From positions 106,442-170,441 of the forward strand of contig NW_005434595.1 of assembly GCF_000315625.1 (NCBI RefSeq): a stretch of 64,000 nt of DNA. Direction: 5' to 3'. Of the stretch, positions 37,795-49,264 are shown in pieces. Each line of letters opens with the position of its first letter. Within the stretch, counting starts at the first letter, position 1. The DNA comes from Guillardia theta CCMP2712. Lineage: Eukaryota > Protista > Cryptophyta. The translations under genes and the position numbers were made by a program. Under the pieces are notes generated by a model that worked only from the letters and a program-made list of their open reading frames with translations, had not been told where the DNA came from and did not search any database.

Positions 37795-39436
37795 CTACAA
37801 CAGACTGTTGGCACGCGACTCGACTTGATTCTCCAACCCTTCGATCAGATGCTCGACTGTCCCAAGATGCCTGGCAAGAAGCGCTGCTTCTCGTCTCAAC
37901 CGATTGAAATTCATCATGCACATGTTGAGGGTTGATGACTTGTCTTTCAGCTCTCTGTTCTTCCTCACCATCTCATCCCTGAGTTGGCCTATCCTACCTT
38001 TCACTCTCTTTGCCTCTTCCATCGGCGCCTTCATTGCCTTCTCGTGCGCCTCTGCATGCTTCGCAGATTTCCTGGCCTGATCTTCCATTGCAATGATTGC
38101 AGCATGGCAATACTCGCTTTCAGATCCTGACAAGTCAGCCTCGAGCTTGTTGTTTCGCAATCGATCTGCATGCAACCTTGCATCCTTCTCAGCTTCCAAG
38201 AACAGGGAACGGGAAGCCTCGTGGCTCATTACTGCTGAGTTCTGTCTTTCATGCTCAGCTATCAGCGCTACCATTTGCTTGCTGTCTTGCATGAAACTTG
38301 CTGTGTATTCGTTGCTCTCGTTGCGCAAATTCCTGCATCTTTGTTCCAGTTTCTTGAGCCTGTTGTACTTCTCCGAGTTCCCGGCCCTCAGTTCTATTTC
38401 AAACCGTCGCAACCGCGGCAAGAAGGTAACTCGAATCCTCTCCAAGAGCTGAGAGACGCCTTTTAACACCTTCTCCTCAACCACTGCCTCCAATACTTTT
38501 GTAGGAGAAGCCTGCCTTGCAACAAGCATGAAATCTTCCAGTGAATATCGCCAGTCTATCGCATTCAAGGCCTTCAAGAACATGTCGTCCTGCTGCATCA
38601 ATTCCACGTCTTGTGTTAAATTTGAAATCAACGACAACAATCTCGTTAAGGATCGTGGGTCGCTGGTTTGCGGTCTATCCTCTGAGAGTTCTTCCCATTC
38701 TAGAAGGTCGCATTGGGATCTTTGAACCTGTTCTCGCTCCTAACACAAAGGTCAGACCATCAGATGCAAATCACTAGATGCAAATCATTACCTGCAGAAG
38801 CTCTATCATCTTGTTTTCTGATTTAATCTTCGCTCTCAGAATGTTTACTTCTTTGAGAGCCCTTTGCCTGTGAGCATCTGAAAAGGTAGACTGCTGGTTG
38901 CCACCCGTGTAATGCGCCAGGATTCGCTCCCATGTTCGCAGATTGTGATTGGAGATCGAGATGTTCTCACTTTTCCTGATGATTTGTTGATTCACTACAT
39001 CATTCACAGATTTGCAGAAAGAGATCTTGTTGAGAGATTGATTGGTCGACATCTCAATCAACTGAATGTATGAATGGCGGGATTGGATTGCAATTGTTTC
39101 CATGTCATGTAAGAAGGCTGCATATTTGGATATCAAGAACGCTTGTCGTCTTCTTGATCTTGACTTAGCAAGAAATCTATGCAAATATTTCTGTATCTTG
39201 CTCGAACCTGAAAACGCCTCTCTTGTCTCACCCACGTTGACTTGTTTTCTATTATCATATGACGCAAGATCCTCCGTGCACTTGCTGCTGTCGAGACATG
39301 GTACTTCCCCCTGGTCGCTTGCTTGTTCGTCACGAGGCCTCCATCCTGCTTCAACCTCACAGGCCGTAGGAAACCATAAGGAGACGATCAAAGCCAGCGT
39401 CAAGAGACACGTCTGATTGATGTTCATGTCTCCCAC
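37795..39436 (-). CDS. Coiled-coil protein with predicted signal peptide (2 exons)
   Basis: ORFs 38774..39436 (LLTLALIVSLWFPTA) and 37795..38640. Confidence 0.65.
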
Positions 39437-40019
39437 TGATCAAGCATCTAGTCGCATCCTTGATAGATCTGTGCTTCTACTCAATCTCCCTGGAAGGAAA
39501 CGAATCATTGTAATCGTACACGCTCATTCTATGCCCCCATCGAACTACAAGAAGCTGCGCCGAGCTTCCTGTTACAGCGTCGTCTCTGACTCGCTCAGTG
39601 GCGATTCGTAGCTTGAATGCTTGCAATGACCTCAATCAACTCAGGGCTACGAAATGAGGGGAGATGGTTTGTAGAGAGAGGTGGAGAAAGGAAGTTTTGG
39701 AGACGGAGGAAATGAAACAACCTGTCTGCCCAGGGGAAGGAGGAGAGGGGAGGGAGAGGGAGAAAAGGAGATAAGAAGAGATGAGATGAGAAGAGAAGAG
39801 AAGCAAGTAGCCTGAGAGGAAAGGAGGGCTACAAGGTCAGAAGAAGGGAGCAGGAGGGGAGAACGAGAGGGGAGGGGAGGGGAAAGGAGCAACGGCAGGG
39901 CGGCTAGTCTGCATCACTGAAAGAGCTCATCTCTTTAACTGATCCCTTTTAGCTGCCTTGGGTCTAAATAAGCAACATTTCAGTTAAATTTAATGAACTT
40001 CTAACTTAAGTTACTACTG

Positions 40020-40390
40020 GTGTACGGGGCCGGGTCCGGCGAGAAGTTAGCTCCGCAGGCGGCTCCGAGTCGGCCCGGACGGCGACGGGGTGCCGCCTCA
40101 GTCTGACCGGACTCCGCCGGGGAGCCTCGGGCTCGGGAGGCTCGGACTCGGGAGGCTCGGAGGCGCGGGCCGCCGGGGCCGCCCGGCCGGGCCGCGAAAA
40201 CTTGCCCCCCGGCGGCGCCAGTCACGAGTGTGACGATCGGCGTCGGGCCCCGGCTGGGGCGCTCGGACTCTGACTACCGTGATCGGACCGGCCGGCAGGC
40301 TTCCCGGCAGGCTTCGGTCAGGGACTCGGGGGCCACTTGGCTCCGACTCGTGACCCCGAACAGTGTCTCATCGACTGGTGAAGGTCATCG
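40020..40390. other. GC-rich intergenic island, copy C
   Basis: CCGG/GGCC/GACTC/GTGAC-rich; GTGATCGGACC at 40279; starts just after the DNAJC25 stop. Confidence 0.65.
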
Positions 40391-40395
40391 AGAAT

Positions 40396-42029
40396 TTATT
40401 GCTTCTTCATGAACCGCTTGACTCTCTTGTATCGATTTGACTGCTCAAGCAAGATGAGTGCGCGGCAGCGGGGAGTTTCAACGAGCGTAGGATCGTTGTC
40501 CATGAGTCCTACCTGCATGAACTCACGGCGCTTCTCCTCGTCCGCCTCCATCTGCTGCTGTTGCCATTCCTCGAGCTTCTCTTGATTCCAGAGTTGCAAC
40601 TCAAGGAACTGCAATTGATTCAGAGTGAGAACTTGATCATAATGACGCAACTGGCGACCTCCTGTCTTTCTTCATCCGGCAAGCTCACCCACACATCCTC
40701 TCGCATTCTAAGAATCTGTCGAGTGATGTATTCGTGTTCTTGAGCTCCATACTGCACAAGTTTGTGTAGATTGTAAGTTCGAACTCAAACCCTCAACTGT
40801 GAAAGAACCTCTTTGCCCAGAATTCTGAACATGAGAATCCAGCGGATATTGAACCATAGAGAATGAAGCTGCAATGTATCATAAGAAGCTACAGAGAACA
40901 TCAAACGATGAACGACAATATCCAAAGGAAGAACAATGATTCTGACGACGAGGACATCAAAGTATCTGTAACAACAGGAGGTCAGCGATGATCGCATCTT
41001 GCCCTTTAGCTCACGTGACTGGTTCACTAAGCTTTATTCCATTCACTGCCGTTCGCTCCAACACTTCCATCTCAGCCTAATTCAATGTCATGTGACGAAA
41101 CTGAAACACACTCGCCGAACCTTCTTCTCGATCTCTTTGAACTTGGCATGATCCTTGGCTGAAATACTCAAGTTATCTCACCAGCATGGCAGCAATATCA
41201 AAGTTCAGACGTTTCTTCAGATTCAAACTTCCCGACCCCAATTCTTGCATTCGATTCTTCACAAAGGCCTAAAGATATATCAGACACAATGGGTCTGACA
41301 GCTGTAGATTGCTGGACCTGAGTCTTGCTTTGACTTAGAATCATCTGAATGAGTCTGCTTCGCCTCGAATACGCTATGCTGTATTGGAGGATCGAAAGCA
41401 ACAACAAAATCCCCAGAATAACTAAACGAACATCCGACTTGGGAGCGTAGTATGCCTTAGCAAAAGGTCACGACCTGCCTCGGTGGAGTTGGGATCAACA
41501 CCTGATAGTAGTTGCTGTAATGCTCCCACAAATGGCGCTCTGGATGAGCCAGGAAATCATCATAAGCTTTTCTCACATCCTCGTTCTTCAGGACCTGTTC
41601 AACTCAAATCAGCACAAAGTCGACAGCCCGTGCACAATGACCTCATACGCACTGCCGATTTCAATGAATCTTTCCTGAGCATTAGGCTCATCGCTCTTAT
41701 CAGGGTGAAATTGCAGCGAAAGCCTAGCAGAATAGTTTCAGGGAAGGATCCTACAACATTTCTAATCCTGCTCCTTGCCTGCGATATGCCTTCTTTATGT
41801 CTGCACTCGTACAGTCTTGCTCCAGCTCCAAAACATCATAACATGATTTCGTCTTGCAGTATATATTCATCCCTTCTGGAAATCGATCCTTGGCCCTGCC
41901 ATCAACCACCTTGCCATGACAATCAGTTAAGTTGCAACCCAATCGGCAAGAATCAGAGCTCACCTTCACAAGGAACGTGGTGACGACCAAAAGGATCGCA
42001 GCTATCCTAACGTGAACCAGCGAAGGCAT
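40396..42029 (-). CDS. DNAJC25: ER membrane J-domain protein, DNAJC25-like (multi-exon)
   Basis: Signal peptide, NIYC...CYDVL...IKKAYRR, LSLQFHPDK, TM segments, C-terminal LWNQEKLEEW...RYKRVKRFMKK. Confidence 0.85.
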
Positions 42030-42279
42030 TGTTGCCGAACCAACTATCTGCTTCCTCGACCTACCCCGATTTGCTCTTTCCTAGAAACATGCGCCCCCCT
42101 ATCTTCCTCTCTTCTTTCACCTCCTCCTCCTCCTCGCTCGCTTTCTCCACCACGCTCCTTCCTCCTGCAGTGCACACCTTTTGCATCAGTTTTTACTCAA
42201 GCAATGTAAAACCAAGTTCCCCTCAGTGCATCCAACGGAAATATAACGTAGAACCGTATGTAACCGTCATACAGGTGGG

Positions 42280-42700
42280 GAAAGATAGATGCGAACCACA
42301 ATTGATGGTGGGGTAGTAAAAGTTTGAGATATATAGGGGTGGTTTTATATTCCGTGAGGACGTGGGGGTGATCCAGCGACTTCGAAAGAAGTAGGTGGGG
42401 TCAAAAGAGAGAAAGCGGGGAGGAGGGTGCGGGGCATTCATGATAAAGGTGGGGGTGGTCATGGTGGAATTCAGGGGTAATAATGAACTTTTAGGGCAGC
42501 TGGTGGGGGTTAGGGGTGAGGGTAGGTGGTATGAAAATGAACACCGGTAGTCTGAGAGAAATTTTTGGTTGAATACCCCCCTGATTCACAGAAAAATACC
42601 CGTGATCCATGTACCCACCCCGAAATGAATACTACCCTACCCATCAAACAAATCCTCCTGATTTGTCAGCGCATTCGAAAGTTCGATGTGGGGTTTCCAT
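42280..42700. promoter_or_regulatory. GGGGT/TACCC-rich divergent intergenic tract
   Basis: Many GGGGT runs; GGGGTAGT at 42310, TACTACCCTACCC at 42630. Confidence 0.45.
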
Positions 42701-43429
42701 TATTCAAAATATTTTGAATTGACTTTATTTTATTTGATTTTGAAATACTAATATATTAGTTATCTTGTATACTATATGAAAATAAAGTCAAATAGATGCT
42801 CCTCGGTGAAGTTTCTTGGCAAAGGGCACCGCTCTGCGGCACACAAGTACTCTTTGCAAAAGCGCGCGCATGCTAGCAAGGTAAAACATTCATGCATGAG
42901 CGTCGAGTTTCATGGGCAGGGAGTGGAGATAAGTCAAGAAGAGTTGAGGGAAAGAGCAAGGAACAATGTTCTCTCCTCGTTATCCTGTGATCTTCTCTTC
43001 CTAGATATCGGTTTCTTGTCTTCCCACTCGTTGTCTATCGCCGTGTTTTTGCCTATTTAGACCCTAATCTCGTGTTTATTGCTATCTTTGTCTACCTTTC
43101 AGTCGGATTTTCTTAGCGATGTTTACTTCGTTGCTATCATATGTTGGAATCCAACTCTGTCGTGCTGCACTCACCTAGTCTTCATGTCAATGTTGGATTC
43201 TTGGTGGGCATTCCTTCATAAAGTGAAAATCAGGATGTTGCCTTATGTTGCCTGGTTCCCTTGCAAACTTCCTGCCCTGAATCTACCATTGAAGGCTTGA
43301 AGTCTTTGTTTTGCCAATTTTTACTAGTTTTCATGAACTTTTTGTTCGATCTGATGTAGCATCTTGTGCAGGTGAAGGGTTCGAGGCAACTTAATCTGAT
43401 TGATCTGCTGTGATTGGTTTCGAATTGAG

Positions 43430-46093
43430 ATGGTCAAAACTCGAGGGTGGAGATTTCTTTCACTTTGTCTTTTGATTGCCCTCGTTGTCTTGTCGAATCA
43501 TGCAATCGCGGATTCCTTGGATCAGTCCGAGAACCAAGACGAAGGCGATGGAGAGCACGCAGATGGTAGCGAGGCATCCGGCACAAACAATAATCGGAAC
43601 TTGCAGGATGACGACCATTTGAAAGAGAAAATAAGGGCTGCATTTGACTCCAGCAAATCACCGAGCAATGTACAACCCTCTGCAGGTCTCGTTTTCCGAT
43701 GCATCGATTGCTCGATTCTGACTAGTGACTAGATGGCACGAATGGGGAATCTCACAATTCTCAACAAGCATCTCCAGGCTCAGGTCATGTAGCACAAGAA
43801 CAAGCAAGCTCTGGGAACACTGTTTCCGGAGAACAAGCGCAGAAGTCAAGTCACGGTTGATAAATTTCTGAAGAGGGGAATTCCACTTATGCGTTTCCTT
43901 GTGTTCAGACACAGTCCCCGAAGGATATGGTCTTTCGGTGCATGAATCCTCATCTATATGTCCAAATCAGCAAATTACAGTGTCTTGGATTGCACCTGCT
44001 AGTCGTCATGAGGTATTTCGCGATGGATTTTGATGTTGGCGTCATGAATAATCGTTTCATTAGAATGATTTCTTGGCGATCTTTCCCAAGGGCTCAAACA
44101 CGTACACCTTAAAACAAGAATTGGGGAGTCCAGGGCAACGAGAGGGCACATTAAAGTTTCATGGAGTGGGCACTACATCCAATCTTCTCTCTCCTGGAAG
44201 GTAATGCTTTCACACACCGTTTTTGGGATACTGATGTATTCTTTCTTGGTTGTTCATCGTCGATTCTGCAGCTATGAAGTTCGCTACATAGATTCAGCTA
44301 CTCAACAATCAAGGCAAACCAAAGACTTTGTTGTTCAAAGCTGTGTGGGAGGAAGTGGTGCTGCTAATTCCGCTCAGTCGACGGGTGCAGCAATCAACAC
44401 GGCTCAACCCTCTTCATTGGAGAACCCAAACAGAATGTCAATTGCTTCTGGACAGTCTTTCTCACCAAACATGAATTCTCCATCTGCTTTGCGAACCTCA
44501 GGGGCTTCGGCGTCGAACCTGCAGGGGAGTGTGGATCGTGCAGCAGTGGACGCTCAGAACCCCTCAGCAAGCAATGTCAACGCAGGGGCAAGCATGCCGC
44601 AGGCAGCAGGGACGGCGACGGGAGTGCAAGCGCAGGGAGGGATGCAAGCTCAGGGTCAAGGATCCTCCTCATCGTTGCCAGTCTCCCAGAGCGGGAATGT
44701 CCAGGCGGCAAGCACAGTGCAGACCCAGGCAGCAAGCGCAGTACAGACCCAGGCAGCAAGCAACGTCAACGCAGGGGCAAGCATGCCGCAGGCAGCAGGG
44801 ACGGCGACGGGAGTGCAAGCGCAGGGAGGGATGCAAGCTCAGGGTCAAGGATCCTCCTCATCGTTGCCAGTCTCCCAGAGCGGGAATGTCCAGGCGGCAA
44901 GCACAGTGCAGACCCAGGCAGCAAGCGCAGTACAGACCCAGGCAGCAAGCAACGTCAACGCAGGGGCAAGCATGCCGCAGGCAGCAGGGACGGCGACGGG
45001 AGTGCAAGCGCAGGGAGGGATGCAAGCTCAGGGTCTCAACGATGGAGTGTCGCGAGCGAGCTCTCTGAATGGTGACCAAGCTCGTGGAGTGAGTAAACGT
45101 TTTCTGTTACGTGATTCTTGCTTGGACTTGTTGGATTCTCTATCCCCTTCATCAATGGTGTGTAACTGATTTCCTTTCGTTCAGACCAATGACGAAAATC
45201 CCTATGCAATGGAAGGGAAGCACATACATTCAACTCAGCGGTCCCTGAGCAGTGGAGAATACATGCTCTCTGTCCCGTCAAGTGTTGCAGGTATTTAATG
45301 TTTGTATTCCAGCTCAGAGGCTTCAACTTATTTTTTTTTTACCAGATCCTTCGAAAGCCAGCAATGTTGGATCAGGTCTGAACCACATGATCTGAATGGT
45401 ATATGTAACAGATTTGTATAGCAGATAATGCAGCTCAAAAGCAGCAATTGAACCAAATGGGGCAGCTTCCACAGCAGCCTCCACAGCAACAGCAGCTTCT
45501 ACAGCAGCTTCCACTGGGGCAGCAGGGGCAGCAGGGGCAACAGGGGCAGCAGCAGCTTCTACAGCAGCTTCCACAGCAACAGCAGCTTCCACAGCAACAG
45601 CAGCAGGCTCCACAGCAGCAGCAGCAGCAGCAGGCTCCACAGCAGCAGCAGCAGCAGCAGGCTCCACAGCAGCAGCAGCAGCAGGCTCCACAGCAGCAGC
45701 AGCAGGCTCCACAGCAGCAGCAGCAGCAGGCTCCACAGCAGCAGCAGCAGGCTCCACAGCAGCAGCAGCAGCAGGCTCCACAGCAGCAGCAGCAGCAGGC
45801 TCCACAGCAGCAGCAGCAGGCTCCCGAAGGCCAGAAGCAAGCAGAAGGCCAGCAGCAAGCAGCAGGCCAGCAGCAGGCCGTGCAAGGGCAGCAGCAGCAA
45901 CAACAACAACAGCAGCAGCAGCAGGCCGTGCAAGGGCAGCAGCAGCAACAACAGCAGGCTCCCGAAGGCCAGAAGCAAGTAGAAGGCCAGAAGCAAGCAG
46001 ACGGCCAGAAGCAAGCAGAAGGCCAGCAACAGGTCGTGCAGGGTCAGCAGCAGCTTCCACAGCAGCAGCAGCAGCAAGCCACGGCAGGGCAAG

Positions 46094-46126
<33 letters not shown>

Positions 46127-49100
46127 CTCCCGAAGCCCAGAAGCAAGCAGATGGCCAGCAGCAGGCCGTGCAAGGGCAGCAGCAGCAGCAGCAGCAGCAA
46201 CAGCAACAGCAGCAGGCCGTGCAAGGGCAGCAAGTGCAGCAGCAGGCTCCCGAAGGCCAGAAGCAAGTAGAAGTCCAGCAACAGGTCGTGCAGGGTCAGC
46301 AGCAGCTTCCACAGCAGCAGGCTGCGCCAGGGCAAGGGCAGCAGGCCACGACAGGGCAAGGGCAGCAGGCCGCGCAAGGGCAAGGGCAGCAGCAGCAGCA
46401 GCAGGCTCCCGAAGCCCAGAAGCAAGCAGATGGCCAGAAGCAAGCAGAAGGTCAGAAGCAAGCAGAAGGTCAGAAGCAAGCAGAAAGTCAGAAGCAAGCA
46501 GATGGCCAGCAGCAGGCCGTGCAAGCACAGCAGACAAGTGAAAAGCAACAATCAAGCGGCTCAGGTTCTCAAGAAACTTCGAAGAATGGCGACAATTCTC
46601 AGCAATCTGTTGAACAATCCACGCAAAAAAAGGTCGACGCTCAAGAACAAGACAAGAAACAATCTACCGATCGTTCTGAATCGGCTGATGCAAAGAACAA
46701 TCAGCAAAACCAGCAAGATGTGAAGTCTGAAGGTTCAAAGGATAAGGAGGGTGCAAGTGCCAAAGCTCAAGGCGATCAAACTTCAACCAATACAAAGATT
46801 GATCCAAATGTAAATCAAGACTCCAAGAAAGGTAATCATCTTGAATTTGCCTATAGTGTTGAAGGGAGCGATAGAGATTGGATTTCTCTTGTTTGTTTGC
46901 ATCGCCTTATATTTGATAGACAAAGATTTTGACGATGTTGCTTTGTTTTTCCTTGATCAGGCGAAGACGATGCATCGAAAGGGAAATCTGCCGAAAAGGA
47001 TATCAAGGCTGATCAGCAGAAGAATCAGAGCTCCGCAGAAAAATCGAATGCCAAGGGACCGGATGAGAAGAAAACGCAACTCGGAAGCGGAGACAAGAGC
47101 AATAGCGATTCTGTGTCGAAATCGGACAAGCAAGAATCCAAAGACAGCTCAAAAACTGGCTCCTCTGGAGGCTGGTTTGGATGGCTTGGCTCTGGAGGTA
47201 GTAAGGACGAATCTGGCACCAAAAAGAGCACTGATAGTGCAGAATCGACCAAGGACGGAACAGAATCGAAGGCGGGTAAGGATGAGGGCAAGACAGAGAA
47301 AGTTGGCACAACTGATGGCAAATCTGATAAGCAAGCTGCAAACACTGACGTGCAAGGCAAAAGCAGTGAAGGAAAAGACCAGACAGCCCAAAGTAAGGAC
47401 TCAATGTCAAGCAAAGATTCGAAGCCAAGTAACGATATAAGTGAGAAATCCGAGGGAGGACCGAAAGCTTCAAATGATCAAGCGATGGCTGCAAAAGATT
47501 CCAGCACAAAGTCGAGCGCGGATAAGAAAAATGATGATAGCGAACAGTGGGGAGGAGATCGTAAGCAGGAGAAAAGTGCTTCAGGCTCAAGCACCCAATC
47601 GCAGAACGACAAGAGCAGTGTTGTTTCACAAGGGCAAAGCGAATCAAGCAGTAAGTCGGAACAAAACGTTGAGGGAAGCAGAAAGTCGAGTGAAGGTTCG
47701 CGCGATGAAATGGGCAAGAGCTCACAATCCTCCAGCTCAGACCGTACAAACTCCAAGTCTTCATCAGGAAGAGATGGCAGCTCGAAAAGCTCCAAACGTG
47801 ATGAAGATGACGAAGATGCGACTGTCATTAGGAAGAAGATCAATGGAGGCTGGTTCTCGTTGGCAGCAATCGCTGGCAATGGGACTGGAATGATAGTTGG
47901 GATCTCTGGCGTCGCTGTCATCATCCTAGCAGTAGGGGCCTTTGTAAGTCTGTTGCTCACCATCCAATCGTTTGACCAGCCTCTCCCACAGGTTGTAAGG
48001 AGAAGGCTGAGCGGGTCCAGCAAGGTACAGTCGAGAGGAAACTTTCGGTGGGTCTGACTCGTGCTGTGCTGGCGTCCTGGTGGTTCACAGGGGAGCTACT
48101 ACTCTATCGAGATGGGGGAAGGGGACCTCGAATCCGGGCAGGGGGTGCTCAATGAGGAGTTCAAATCGTTTGCCAAGGTTTCGAACTCTGTACGTTGATG
48201 CTGTTGTAGAGATCAGTTGGAGATTGAAAATGCTTCAAAGGTGGCAGAGGTTGCTGGAAAACAAGGCAGCGATGGCTGGGGGGATGAAGACGGGTGGGAT
48301 GAGGATTTTGACAACTTCGATTCCAAGGTTCGCTCCATTGTCGAGTATAGTGGGCACTTGCAACTAATGTCGGTGTTGTCGAACAGACTACTTATCCCAC
48401 TCTGACTGCTCTGGATAAGAATGGAATCAAGGTTGAAATTGTGTTGTCGTTCATTCCTACGTTGATCACTTGTGAAGGTGTTGTTCGACTTCGAGAAATC
48501 GGATCCAGGTACGCACAAGAATCTCCAGCGCACTCGTTCTTCAATCTCCACTTCTTCACCTCTCTTCTTCGTACCTCATCTCTTCTCAACTGACTTGCTG
48601 GACCCAGACTCTTTCACCACGATCATCATGGCAACCTTCAGGAACTCCCTCCCCCACGACATGACTGAGTTCGCGTGCAAGGTCGCTGTCCCCAAACACT
48701 TGCAGGTCTGTACCCCTCCTCGTCTCTTGGCTACTCTGAGGAGCGACGCAGATTACCATGGGTCCGCCGTCGAGCACAATCTTGAGGGGCAACGGAGGGG
48801 CCATCACGCAAACCATGAACGTGACCAATGGTCAAAGAGGGTCAAAGCCACTGAAGATGCGCCTTGTGATTCAGTGAGTCACGTTGCCTTACATCGCCCA
48901 TGTTTCCTTCGCTGTTCTCCCCTTCCCTCCTGTCACGTTCCAGCCTTGCCTCTTGTTCGCTCCTGCTCCGCTCTCCCCTTCTACCCCATACTCTCCCTTC
49001 ATCTTTGTGAGACTCTTTTTCTCCGCTCACGATGGCATGCAGGTATGTACAAAATGGAGAAAAGCTCCGAGAAAGCGCGGACGTTTCGAATTTTCCAAGG

Positions 49101-49155
49101 TTTCTTGTATGCGTATGTGGATCAAGAGGTCTGACTCTCTGCCAGTGGTCTGTGA
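43430..49155 (+). CDS. Type I membrane protein: signal peptide, Ig/SKICH-like beta-sandwich, 63-aa repeats, polyQ and S/K/D-rich stalk, TM helix, sorting-motif tail and C-terminal gamma-adaptin ear (GAE) domain
   Basis: Roughly 18 exons joined in frame by GT-AG introns from ATG 43430 to TGA 49155; TM GMIVGISGVAVIILAVGAFVV followed by RRR; GAE: YPTLTALDKNGIKVLFDF...ATFRN...VAVPKHLQITMGPPSS...ITQTMNVTN...PLKMRLVIQY...VSNFPSGL. Confidence 0.8.
44572..45035 (+). repeat. 189-bp (63-aa) coding tandem repeat, about 2.4 nearly identical copies
   Basis: ASNVNAGASMPQAAGTATGVQAQGGMQAQG... repeated; the antisense ORFs 44577 and 44766 are identical and 189 bp apart. Confidence 0.95.
45460..46530 (+). repeat. 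Polyglutamine/CAG-rich coding repeat region (APQQQQQ, EGQKQA units)
   Basis: ORF 45448..46932. Confidence 0.95.
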
Positions 49156-49264
49156 GGTGAATTAGGAAGAGGACATTCGAGCATTTGACATTCCCTGTCT
49201 TTCTAACGAAATATAAACGAGCTAAAGCATTAAAGTGCTACGTCTTGTCTCCACGGGCATCAGT

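Noticed and set aside
45323-46555. Long antisense poly-Ala and poly-Leu ORFs
   Set aside because: Shadow frames of the CAG repeats in the plus-strand gene.
48472-49134. 220-aa ORF as an independent gene
   Set aside because: It reads through introns; the GAE domain appears only after splicing and lacks its own ATG.
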